Assembly: GCA_002376845.1 (NCBI GenBank)
Contig: DFOS01000024.1
Location: 160,819 to 224,818, forward strand
Length of the DNA: 64,000 bases
Direction of reading: 5' to 3'
From: Bdellovibrionaceae bacterium UBA3535
GTDB lineage: Bacteria; Bdellovibrionota; Bdellovibrionia; Bdellovibrionales; UBA840
Below, piece by piece: positions 43,702 through 52,901 of this stretch; within the stretch, counting starts at the first letter, position 1, and each line of letters begins with the position of its first letter. The notes under the pieces are model-generated. The model saw nothing but the letters and a program-made list of their open reading frames with translations, did no database searches and was not told the DNA's origin. A program made the position numbers and the translations under genes.

Positions 43702-44478
43702 ATGAAAATCTTGGTTTGCATTAAGCAAGTTCCTGATACAACCGCAAAAATTAGTATAAAAGCAGATAAACAAGGGGTCGAGACCAACGGAATTAAGTGG
43801 GTTATGAATCCATACGATGAATTTGCCGTGGAAGAGGCCATAAAATTAAAAGAAGCTAACGCGGGCTCTACCTTAAGCGTTATTACAGTCGGGCCTAAAG
43901 CAAGAGCTGTGGAGGCCCTTAGAACGGCATTAGCAATGGGTGCTGACGATGCCATAATGGTAGATGCAGAAGAAAATGTAGACAATCTTTGTACGGCGAA
44001 GGCATTGGCTGCAGCCATAGAAAAGGAAGGGCCTTTTGACATGGTTTTTACAGGAAAACTGGCCATCGATGATCAGCAATCAGCTGTTACACAGATGTTG
44101 TCGGAGCTTTGTGGCATCCCGCATGCCAATGTGGTGTCAAAGTATACATTTGCTAACGGTAATTCCGAAGTCGAAAGGGAAATAGAAGGCGGCGCTAAAG
44201 AAGTCTTAGAGCTGAAGGGCAAGTCTGTGATAGGTGCCAACAAAGGTTTGAATACTCCACGTTATGCAAGTTTACCTGGAATTATGAAAGCAAAAAAGAA
44301 GCCGGTAAAAGATTATTCTTTGGCGGATCTAGGCGTGGATGCACAGCAATCGAAGGTTAGTTACAAAGAATTCAGTCTGCCACCTGAGCGGCCCGCAGTA
44401 AAAATGATTGAAGGAGAGCCTGCAGGGCAAACAGCATCCCTAGTGTCTCTGTTAAAAGATGAAGCTAAGGTCTTATAG
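43702..44478 (+). CDS. etfB: Electron transfer flavoprotein beta subunit
   Basis: VCIKQVPD, NPYDEFAVEEA, ALAMGAD, PRYASLPGIMKAKKK. Confidence 0.98.
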   Translation: MKILVCIKQVPDTTAKISIKADKQGVETNGIKWVMNPYDEFAVEEAIKLKEANAGSTLSVITVGPKARAVEALRTALAMGADDAIMVDAEENVDNLCTAKALAAAIEKEGPFDMVFTGKLAIDDQQSAVTQMLSELCGIPHANVVSKYTFANGNSEVEREIEGGAKEVLELKGKSVIGANKGLNTPRYASLPGIMKAKKKPVKDYSLADLGVDAQQSKVSYKEFSLPPERPAVKMIEGEPAGQTASLVSLLKDEAKVL

Positions 44479-44483
44479 GAGAA

Positions 44484-45446
44484 TTGCAAATGACAATATT
44501 GGTTAATGTAGAACAGACAGAAGGAAAAGTAAGAAGCGCTAGCTTAGAATTAATTAGCTTTGCTGCCTCAACAGGAAAGGACGTGGCGGGTATCGTTGTG
44601 GGTAGTAGTGCCAAAGCAGCCGCAGAAGAAGCTGGTAGATATGGTTTGCAAAAGGCTTTTGTTTTTGAGGATGCAAATTTAGATCAATACAATTCAGAAA
44701 GTCATTTTGCCTGTTTTTCGGAGATAATTGCGGAGCTAAAGCCAAAGATTGTGCTTAGTACGGGAAGTGCTGCAAGTAGGGATTTAATTCCAAAGCTGGC
44801 AGCGAAGTTTGATTCAGGTTTTGTTTCGGATGCAGTAGAAATTAACTTATCCGGTGAAGATTTGACTTTAAAAAAGCCAATGTATTCAGGTAAGTGTTTT
44901 GCCCAGGCAAGTTTTAAGGATTCTGCCATCCAATTTGTATGCATGCGGCCGAATCAATTGAAAGTTTCAGAGCCCAAAGATGCGAATGTAGACATCACAG
45001 AAAAATCAGCGCCTAGCGTTGATTTAAAAACTATAGTCAAAGAAGTGGTTCAAGGTGCATCCAAGCGCTTAGATCTTACGGAAGCAAATATCATTGTTTC
45101 TGGAGGGCGCGGCTTAAAAGAAGCAAAGAATTTTGAGCTTCTAGAAAGCCTAGCAGATGTATTGGGAGCAAGCGTTGGTGCTTCTCGTGCCGTAGTAGAT
45201 GCGGGATGGGTTCCGCACTCTATGCAGGTGGGACAGACGGGTAAAACCGTTGCTCCATCTCTTTATATAGCTTGCGGTATATCGGGCGCCATTCAGCACT
45301 TAGCAGGAATGAGCACATCAAAGGTGATCGTAGCCATTAACACCGATCCAGAGGCACCAATTTTTCAAAAGGCTACCTATGGAATTGTGGGTGATGCTCT
45401 AGAGATAGTGCCCATGCTAACCGAAGAATTTAAAAAAGTTTTATAA
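44484..45446 (+). CDS. etfA: Electron transfer flavoprotein alpha subunit
   Basis: VSGGRG, GASRAVVDAGW, QVGQTGK, GISGAIQH; start may be ATG 44490. Confidence 0.98.
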   Translation: MQMTILVNVEQTEGKVRSASLELISFAASTGKDVAGIVVGSSAKAAAEEAGRYGLQKAFVFEDANLDQYNSESHFACFSEIIAELKPKIVLSTGSAASRDLIPKLAAKFDSGFVSDAVEINLSGEDLTLKKPMYSGKCFAQASFKDSAIQFVCMRPNQLKVSEPKDANVDITEKSAPSVDLKTIVKEVVQGASKRLDLTEANIIVSGGRGLKEAKNFELLESLADVLGASVGASRAVVDAGWVPHSMQVGQTGKTVAPSLYIACGISGAIQHLAGMSTSKVIVAINTDPEAPIFQKATYGIVGDALEIVPMLTEEFKKVL

Positions 45447-47117
45447 GGTTTGCAGAAAGTGAATAAGAGCCATCTTTTCCTCTTTGGAATAGATCTCATT
45501 ACCATTCGCATCTAGAAAAAGTTTTTTATAGTGGCCGGTATTCGACATGCCGGCTTTTTTTGTATCATATAAAAACTGGCGCTTCTTCCATTCTTTTGGT
45601 GTCTTCTCACCTAAGGGGTAGCCGTTGCAATTAAAATCAAAATCTCTATCTTTATTAATGGCCGGTCCAGCATAATAGCTTTTAGGACGATTCTTTGAAG
45701 GGCTAAAAAGGGCACATAAATTGGGTATGGAATTATTATGAAAATATGGCCAACGAGCCCAGATGCCGACAAGTGGTGGCGGAACATAGCCTTCTTGCGG
45801 TTTGATTTTGATGCCATATTTTTTTGATATTGCTAAATCATTTAATTGTTTAAGGGAAGCCATACCTTTCCATCTTTGTGGATCACTTCCCACGTTCTTA
45901 ACCAAGGTTTGCTCGGGATAATCAACAGATTGTGTTTTGTAAATATCAGACCAATGCGTAATGGAGGGATTGTCTAAATCCCAAGTCTTTTGATAATGCC
46001 CGTGGCATTTGTAACACTGAGCCTGATTGTATATTTGTTGGCCGAGCTTAGCCTTTTGCAAATCAAAATATTCTTCTCCAAAAAAATCCGTCATATGTGG
46101 AGCCTGTGCTCCAAAAACGGCAGTAGTTAGTTCTTCTATTACATTTTGGTTTTGTTCTAACCAGTCCTCTAATTGATAAAGATCGGTTCCTCTGCCAATC
46201 TCATTCCAAAGCAGGTTGGTGATAATAGGATTGCCAGATACCACAGAACCATCAAGCAGCCAGCGGTTTTTATATTTTACATTCCACCAAACACCAGGCT
46301 TTGAGTCTGCTACATAGTATCGAAGATCTTCATATCTTGGAAAAATAGAATGAATTCTCCTTTTACTTGCATATTCATCTCTAGCTCTTCGACTTAGTGA
46401 TATTGCTACATGTGCCAACGAAGTGTCTAAACCAATAAAGGAAGGTTCTCTAGCTTCAACATAATTCAAATTATTTTTGGTCCGTCGAATTAGATCGACC
46501 TCTTGTGCGCTAGCTCCTGTAAATAGAGAAAAGCTTTTTGGTTCTACAAAATGAAAGAACTGCTTTCCTTTTACGAATAATGAATTGGCTCGCGGAAAGC
46601 GATTGGTTAAACCAATAATACGACTACCGAATAGATTGGCCGAGTGGCAAGCAGCACAAGAAAAGGTAAAGCCTTTTGTGTTATTTTGTTCAATTACAGT
46701 AAAGCCCATACGATTTTCTTTTTCACTAAAGTCCATGGGCACATAATAAGGACCCTCACCTTCATATAGCGGATAATCATGCAATCCCAACCACCGCGTG
46801 ATATCATCAAAGCTTTGCACCTTGCTTATATCGGAAACGATTTTGTATAGAATTTCACGGATGGGGTTGTTGTATTCTTGATCTGCCACTCTACGTATTG
46901 GTTCGTAAGGCAATAGTAGTCCCGTGATTTTAACGGGGTAATGTAGGGAGTGGATTCTGCCTTGCCGATTGGCGAGGGCAAAATCATGTTCATTTAATTG
47001 ATAAGGATTGTGCAGGCCATCAACAGGTGTAGGCCTACCCTCTTCCCACAGCTGCTGAGAAAAGCAAAAAAATGAAAAAATAATAAAGAGCAACAAGTAT
47101 CCCCCCTTGAGCATCAT
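45441..47117 (-). CDS. Secreted diheme c-type cytochrome, RoxA/RoxB-like
   Basis: Signal peptide; CAACH and CYKCH; GYVPPPLVGIWARWPYFHNNSIPNL; SNTGH; terminal ALIHFLQTL. Confidence 0.8.
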   Translation of the reverse strand: MMLKGGYLLLFIIFSFFCFSQQLWEEGRPTPVDGLHNPYQLNEHDFALANRQGRIHSLHYPVKITGLLLPYEPIRRVADQEYNNPIREILYKIVSDISKVQSFDDITRWLGLHDYPLYEGEGPYYVPMDFSEKENRMGFTVIEQNNTKGFTFSCAACHSANLFGSRIIGLTNRFPRANSLFVKGKQFFHFVEPKSFSLFTGASAQEVDLIRRTKNNLNYVEAREPSFIGLDTSLAHVAISLSRRARDEYASKRRIHSIFPRYEDLRYYVADSKPGVWWNVKYKNRWLLDGSVVSGNPIITNLLWNEIGRGTDLYQLEDWLEQNQNVIEELTTAVFGAQAPHMTDFFGEEYFDLQKAKLGQQIYNQAQCYKCHGHYQKTWDLDNPSITHWSDIYKTQSVDYPEQTLVKNVGSDPQRWKGMASLKQLNDLAISKKYGIKIKPQEGYVPPPLVGIWARWPYFHNNSIPNLCALFSPSKNRPKSYYAGPAINKDRDFDFNCNGYPLGEKTPKEWKKRQFLYDTKKAGMSNTGHYKKLFLDANGNEIYSKEEKMALIHFLQTL

Positions 47118-47172
47118 AAGTTAAACATTTCGTTTTCAAAGATGGAAGAAAAAGATTAGTCTAAAAATCACT

Positions 47173-47829
47173 ATGTTTCGTAAATACGTATTGCCGAGAC
47201 TTATTCATATTTTTTATTTTCTTTTATCTCGATCATGGCGAGTAACGGTGGTGGAGTCGAAAGCCCTAAAAGATGATATTTCTCATAAAAAACCCAGTAT
47301 ATTTGCTATTTGGCATGGTGATGAGCTTGTGATGATCTCTCTTACTCGGCGTTACAATGTTTGCACTCTTACCTCTACCAGTTCGGATGGGGAATTGATG
47401 GATTTTGTTTTGCGAAAAATGGGCATGAAAACAGCCAGAGGCTCTTCCTCTAAAAAAGCAATTAGCGGCCTAAAAGCCTTAATTCGTTTGGCTAGAAATG
47501 GTTTTACTCCGGTATTTGCAGTGGATGGGCCGCGGGGTCCGTATAAAAAAATTAAGCCAGGAGTCTTCGAAATGGCAAAGTTAACGAAGGCAAATATATA
47601 TGCGGCTGGGGTGGCGAGTAGCAAGAGCTATGTTTTTGAAAAGGCTTGGAATAAAGCATATTTACCACACTTTTTTGCAAAGGTTGTTATAGTTTGGTCG
47701 GAGCCCCTAAAACTCGAGGAGATCAAGGATCCGAGGGAGGACTGGCTAAAGGTCGAGCTGCAAAAAAACTTTGATGCAGCTCAACAGTTGGCGGTGCAAC
47801 ATCTTGCAGAGCAATGCGGCGAATGCTAG
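47173..47829 (+). CDS. Lysophospholipid acyltransferase-family (DUF374) protein
   Basis: WH, S.SSDGE, RGSS, DGPRGP. Confidence 0.9.
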   Translation: MFRKYVLPRLIHIFYFLLSRSWRVTVVESKALKDDISHKKPSIFAIWHGDELVMISLTRRYNVCTLTSTSSDGELMDFVLRKMGMKTARGSSSKKAISGLKALIRLARNGFTPVFAVDGPRGPYKKIKPGVFEMAKLTKANIYAAGVASSKSYVFEKAWNKAYLPHFFAKVVIVWSEPLKLEEIKDPREDWLKVELQKNFDAAQQLAVQHLAEQCGEC

Positions 47830-47865
47830 CATTTAATAGTGTTTTCAACAGGATAGAGGTCGTTC

Positions 47866-48681
47866 ATGGGTGCATTAAGAAAACTAATTGTTATCGCTTT
47901 TATTACAACCATTCCGCATTCCGTTATGGCAAAAGTGGTGGCTAGCGTTGGTTCTAAAAATATAAGCCTTAAAGATTTTCAGCAAAAATATAATGAAATG
48001 AAAGAGCGCACCATGGTAAACGTGCCTTCTCAAAAGGACTTCTTACAAGAATTGATTCGCTATGAAATAGGCTTGCAAGAGGCAAAGCGTACGGGAATTC
48101 AAAAGGATTCAAAGGTACAGGAGCGATATGAACAGTTGCTCTACCAAGCCTTTTTGGAAAAGCAGCTGGGAGATAAGGTTTCGAAAATTAAAGTAACGGA
48201 ATCGGATATGAAAAAATATTATCGTAATAATCCTGAGATACGCGCCTCTCATATCCTTATTGAAGTTCCCCCAAATGCTACGGCGGCGCAAAGAAGCGCA
48301 GCACGTAAGCGCGCAAATGATATATTACAAGAAGTTAAAAAATCAAAAAAGCCCTTTGAGGAGCTAGTTACCTTGTATACAGACGATTCCATTACTAAGC
48401 GCAGTGGTGGTGATATAGGGTGGCAGACAAGACTAACAATAACTCCAGCTTTTTATAATGCGGCTAACCGTTTAAAAGAAGGCCAAATCGGTGGTCCTGT
48501 GGAAACCATTTATGGTTACCACATTATTAAATTGGTGGATCGCAACCCTTATCAAAAAGCAAATAAGCGGCAGCTCCGCCAGGTTGTTTTTGAGATTAAA
48601 CGCAAAGAACTTTTTGATGCTCTGTTCTCAAAGCTAAGCAAAAAATACCCAGTAAAAGTAAACACAAAACTATTAAATTAA
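47866..48681 (+). CDS. PpiC-type peptidylprolyl isomerase
   Basis: Signal peptide, IRASHILI, GGDIGW, GYHIIKL. Confidence 0.93.
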   Translation: MGALRKLIVIAFITTIPHSVMAKVVASVGSKNISLKDFQQKYNEMKERTMVNVPSQKDFLQELIRYEIGLQEAKRTGIQKDSKVQERYEQLLYQAFLEKQLGDKVSKIKVTESDMKKYYRNNPEIRASHILIEVPPNATAAQRSAARKRANDILQEVKKSKKPFEELVTLYTDDSITKRSGGDIGWQTRLTITPAFYNAANRLKEGQIGGPVETIYGYHIIKLVDRNPYQKANKRQLRQVVFEIKRKELFDALFSKLSKKYPVKVNTKLLN

Positions 48682-48716
48682 TAGCCAAAATGAGGCAATA
48701 AACTTACAATAGCCAC

Positions 48717-49658
48717 ATGAGACTTTTGTGCCTTTTTGTATTAGTGTTTAGCGTGCTTGCGTGTACCGCAGAGCGCGTGAAAAAACAAAGTATCGTAAAA
48801 GTAAATAATTTAGAATTGAGTGTTCAAGATTATGCCGAGCAATTAACCGAGCATATGCATGGCAAAGATATTGCGATCATCAAAAACACGGACGCGTTTA
48901 AGAAAGCTAAAAATAAAATCATAGCGGACTTTATTTCCCATGCAATCATCCAAGATTATGCAAATAAAAATAGTATTGAGGTTAGTGAAGAAGAGCTGCT
49001 TAAGGAAATTCAAGGCTATCGAAGCAATTATCCTGATGACATAAGCTTTCGAGCTGTTTTAGCGGAGGAAGGAATTGCTTTTGAAAGATGGAAAGAAAAA
49101 ACTAGAAACTCTCTTTTAGAAAGAAAAGTTTATTTGGACGTCAGTAAAGATTATGAAGTTCCAACAGAAAATGAGCTTAAGGCGTATTACAGAGACAACC
49201 GAAAAGATTTTTACCGCAAGACTCAATACAAAATTAAGCAAATTGTATTATCCAAAAGTATAGATGCAGAGAACCTTTATAAAATAATTGCCAAAAAAGG
49301 TAGTTTTGAAAAGTTAGCCAAAGAATATTCCATAGGAGCTGAGGCAAGTAATGGCGGACTTTTGGGTTGGGTAGAACGAGGAGTGTCTTCCATTTTTGAT
49401 GAAGCTTCAAAGCTACCCATAAGAAAACCCACAAAACCCATAAAAAGCGATTTTGGCTATCACATTGTCATGGTAGATGGTAGAAGACCGGCGCGTTATC
49501 TAAGCTTCTCAGAGGTAGAGGCGCAAATTAAGGAAGAATTCATTGATGAGAGACGGCAAAAGATCTATAGTTCATGGTTCGAAGAGCAAAAAAAGCAGGC
49601 AAAAGTATACGTCAACGAGGAACTGCTAGCTTCGATAACAATAGATTTAAAACAATGA
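48717..49658 (+). CDS. PpiC/PrsA-like lipoprotein chaperone
   Basis: VLAC lipobox, FEKLAKEYS, GGLLGW, FGYHIV. Confidence 0.9.
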   Translation: MRLLCLFVLVFSVLACTAERVKKQSIVKVNNLELSVQDYAEQLTEHMHGKDIAIIKNTDAFKKAKNKIIADFISHAIIQDYANKNSIEVSEEELLKEIQGYRSNYPDDISFRAVLAEEGIAFERWKEKTRNSLLERKVYLDVSKDYEVPTENELKAYYRDNRKDFYRKTQYKIKQIVLSKSIDAENLYKIIAKKGSFEKLAKEYSIGAEASNGGLLGWVERGVSSIFDEASKLPIRKPTKPIKSDFGYHIVMVDGRRPARYLSFSEVEAQIKEEFIDERRQKIYSSWFEEQKKQAKVYVNEELLASITIDLKQ

Positions 49659-50575
49659 TGAAAAGTATCCTAACCTTCATATTATTGCCTTTGTTTTTGC
49701 AAGCTGAGATCGTAGATCAGATCGTAGCGATTGTGGATGATGGTATCATCACGCAATCGGATTATAACGAATATCGACAGAAATTAAAGGCAGGAAAGAT
49801 ACAGGATGATTTGTTTCAAATAGACGCCAAAGAATTGTTGGCATCTAGAGAGCGCTTATTGCAGCAGCTGGTAGACGAGAAAATCTTAGAAAACGAAATC
49901 AAACGAAACAACTTAGAAGTAACAAAAGAAGCGGTTGAAGAGGAAATTCAAAAAATTCTAAGAAGAAATCAAATCAATAAGGCGCAATTGAAGGAAGCAC
50001 TAAAAAGCGAAGGCACGAATTATACTGATTATTACGATTTTATAAAAAAACGCTTGGAGAGACAAAAAATCATACAACAGTCTGTAACCTCAAAAGTAAG
50101 AATATCGGATGACGATGTTGAACAGTACTATTTAAAGAAATTCGGTAAAGACATGGACAACTCATTTGAGTATAGCCTTTCTCATATATTGGTAGGCTCA
50201 AAAAAAGAGGCCGAGTCCGTTTATCAGGCTTTAATCGGTGGGCAAGATTTTGTTGCGGCAGCAAACCAGTATAGTAAAGACAATAATTATTCCAGCGGTG
50301 GTTTTTTAGGAAAATTTAAAAGTGGTGAAATGTCTACAGCCATTGAAAAAGCCGTAAAATCATTAGATGCGGGAGAGTTTTCTGGCCCAGTAAAAACGGC
50401 TGCCGGCTTCCATATCTTTAAGGTAAATGAGAAAAAACTAATTCCCAATGTGGATTTAACAGAAAAGACTCCAGAAATTCGGGCGCTTCTTTCTCGACAA
50501 GCCATGAAGGAGCAGTTTCAATTCTGGCTCGAACAAAAACGAAAAGAATCCTATATAAGAATTAATGTTAAATGA
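49655..50575 (+). CDS. SurA-like chaperone
   Basis: VDQIVAIVDDGIITQSD SurA N-terminus, one PpiC domain (LSHILV, GGFLG, GFHIFK); ATG 49655 preferred. Confidence 0.9.
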   Translation: MMKSILTFILLPLFLQAEIVDQIVAIVDDGIITQSDYNEYRQKLKAGKIQDDLFQIDAKELLASRERLLQQLVDEKILENEIKRNNLEVTKEAVEEEIQKILRRNQINKAQLKEALKSEGTNYTDYYDFIKKRLERQKIIQQSVTSKVRISDDDVEQYYLKKFGKDMDNSFEYSLSHILVGSKKEAESVYQALIGGQDFVAAANQYSKDNNYSSGGFLGKFKSGEMSTAIEKAVKSLDAGEFSGPVKTAAGFHIFKVNEKKLIPNVDLTEKTPEIRALLSRQAMKEQFQFWLEQKRKESYIRINVK

Positions 50576-51528
50576 AACAACCACTTCGAATTGCCATTAC
50601 TAGTGGGGATACAGACGGAATAGGTACTGAAGTTGTATCCAAGGCCTTATATCGTTTAAAACCCAAAAAAGGTGTGCAGTATTATTTGTGGCGTTCACCC
50701 AAAACTCCCATTGGCCATGTAAGAATGATATCGCGAAACTTTACTCGCGTAAGCTTTGCTAGCTGGCATGAGGCATTGGCCTATGGCTTTCAAAGTGAAA
50801 AGGAAATTATAGAAATTGTTAATACAAAGTCCCCGGCGATTTGGGTAGAAGAAGCAGCTATTGCAGCAAACTTCAAACATATAGATGCCATAGCAACGGC
50901 TCCATTATCGAAAACCTGTATTCAAAAAGCTGGCCTAAAAGATATAGGCCATACTGATATATTGAAGAGAATTACAAAATCTAAACATGTTTATATGTCC
51001 TTTATCGGGGAAGAATTTTCTGTGGTGTTAGCTACGGGACATATACCAATTAAAAAGGTAGAGGCCGCTTGGACGAAAGAAAATCTGGTTCAGGCGATTC
51101 GGCAGGCGCAAAAACTACGAAAACATTTGGACAATAAAAGCAAGGCTAAGAATATTGCGGTTTTAGGTTTAAACCCACATGCCGGGGAATCAGGCTTAAT
51201 TGGTAATGATGCAAAAATTTTTCAACAGGTAAAGCAGAGCTTAAAAAATCCTAAGTGGTTAGATGGATTGTTAATTCCTGATGTTGCATTTTTGCCGGGG
51301 AAAAGAAAGAAATACTCTATCTACATTTGTGCCTACCATGATCAGGGGCTTTTGCCATTTAAATCCATACATGGAAGAGAGGGAGGAGTTCATATTAGTT
51401 TGGGTCTTCCTTTTGTTCGAACAAGTGTGGATCATGGTACAGCCAAAGATATTTTTGGAAAAAATAAAGCTGATTATAAATCAATGTTAGAAGCGATCCA
51501 GTGGGCCGAGCGCTTGGCTAAAAAATAG
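50572..51528 (+). CDS. pdxA: 4-hydroxythreonine-4-phosphate dehydrogenase (PdxA family)
   Basis: GD.DGIG.E, GLNPHAGE, YHDQGL, RTSVDHGTA. Confidence 0.93.
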   Translation: MKQPLRIAITSGDTDGIGTEVVSKALYRLKPKKGVQYYLWRSPKTPIGHVRMISRNFTRVSFASWHEALAYGFQSEKEIIEIVNTKSPAIWVEEAAIAANFKHIDAIATAPLSKTCIQKAGLKDIGHTDILKRITKSKHVYMSFIGEEFSVVLATGHIPIKKVEAAWTKENLVQAIRQAQKLRKHLDNKSKAKNIAVLGLNPHAGESGLIGNDAKIFQQVKQSLKNPKWLDGLLIPDVAFLPGKRKKYSIYICAYHDQGLLPFKSIHGREGGVHISLGLPFVRTSVDHGTAKDIFGKNKADYKSMLEAIQWAERLAKK

Positions 51529-51536
51529 GAGTAAAT

Positions 51537-52901
51537 ATGTGGAACAAGGTAATATTTCGAGAATATGACATTCGAGGTGTTTACAATCAAGATTATGATC
51601 TTGCTTTTGCAGAAGAGCTGGGCCGTGCTTATTATCGATTGGCCACAAAAAAACTGGATAAGCAAGACTTAACCATAAGTCTCGGTCACGATGCAAGACA
51701 CTCTAGTCCTGAGATAATAGCTGCTTTAGCAAAAGGCCTAAAAGAAAGTGGCGCTAAAATCATTCAGTTGAATTTGATAACTACACCAATATCATATTTC
51801 TCCACCTTTTATATGCCGAATGTAGACGGTGCCATCATGGTTACAGGTAGTCATAACCCGCCAGAGTACAATGGCTTTAAAATCTCTATTGGCAAAAAAA
51901 CCATTATGGGTGAGGAAATACAAAATTTAAGACAAATCATCGAGCGACAAGATTATATTTCTGGAGATGGATCAGAAGAGCATTACGATATATTCCCTGA
52001 ATATGTAGCTCGCTATAAAGAAGAGTTCCGTGATTTATCAGGAATAAAAGTAATAGCGGATTGTGGAAACGGTGTTGCGGGAGTCGTCTTAAGAAAAATG
52101 TATGAAGCCTTAAATGTAGACTTGGAAATTCTTTATGAAAAGCCAGACGGTGATTTTCCCAATCACCACCCGGATCCAACAGTGGAATCCAATATGGAGG
52201 AATTAAAAAAACAAGTACTAGAAAAAAATGCAGATATAGGAATTGGTTTTGATGGTGATGCGGATCGTCTTGGTGTAATTAGCAATACTGGTCGTTTTTT
52301 ACTTGGGGATGAAATCATGGCACTCATAACGGGGCAAATTCTTAAAGAGCAGCCGAAAGCCACAATTATTGGTGATGTGAAGTGCTCAGACCGCTTGTAC
52401 CATTATATTGAGGAGCGAGGGGGCAAAGCCATTATGTGGAAAACCGGGCACTCCTTAATTAAGAATAAGGTCCGTGAGGAAGGAGCCCCCTTTGGCGGCG
52501 AGCTAAGCTGCCATTTGTTCTTTGCAGATCGTAATTATGGTTATGATGACTCTTTGTATGCTGGTCTAAGATTGATTGAGCTACTTAAAGTGAGCCATAA
52601 ATCCATAGAAGATTTATTGAGTGATTATCCGCAAGCCTATACAACTCCTGAAATTCGCTTGGACACCAGTGAGGAAAAAAAGTCTTTAATTGTAGATAAA
52701 ATAAAAGAGCATTATAAAAGCAAAAAAGATGTAGATCTAAATATGATTGATGGCGTACGAGCTTCATTCTCTGATGGCTGGGCATTAGTTCGCCCCTCCA
52801 ACACGCAGCCGGTTATTTCCATGCGTTTTGAAGCAGAGAGTGAAGAAGCACTAAAGCGCATACAAGATGAGGCTATGACGATTGTAAATGAATACTTATG
52901 A
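51537..52901 (+). CDS. Phosphomannomutase/phosphoglucomutase
   Basis: FREYDIRG, TGSHNP, DGDADR, RPSNT. Confidence 0.96.
   Translation: MWNKVIFREYDIRGVYNQDYDLAFAEELGRAYYRLATKKLDKQDLTISLGHDARHSSPEIIAALAKGLKESGAKIIQLNLITTPISYFSTFYMPNVDGAIMVTGSHNPPEYNGFKISIGKKTIMGEEIQNLRQIIERQDYISGDGSEEHYDIFPEYVARYKEEFRDLSGIKVIADCGNGVAGVVLRKMYEALNVDLEILYEKPDGDFPNHHPDPTVESNMEELKKQVLEKNADIGIGFDGDADRLGVISNTGRFLLGDEIMALITGQILKEQPKATIIGDVKCSDRLYHYIEERGGKAIMWKTGHSLIKNKVREEGAPFGGELSCHLFFADRNYGYDDSLYAGLRLIELLKVSHKSIEDLLSDYPQAYTTPEIRLDTSEEKKSLIVDKIKEHYKSKKDVDLNMIDGVRASFSDGWALVRPSNTQPVISMRFEAESEEALKRIQDEAMTIVNEYL

Noticed and set aside
45533-45561. GCCGG...CCGGC hairpin with a T run, resembling a terminator
   Set aside because: Lies inside the RoxA-like CDS about 90 nt past the etfA stop; it may terminate etfBA, but the long loop makes it too uncertain to call
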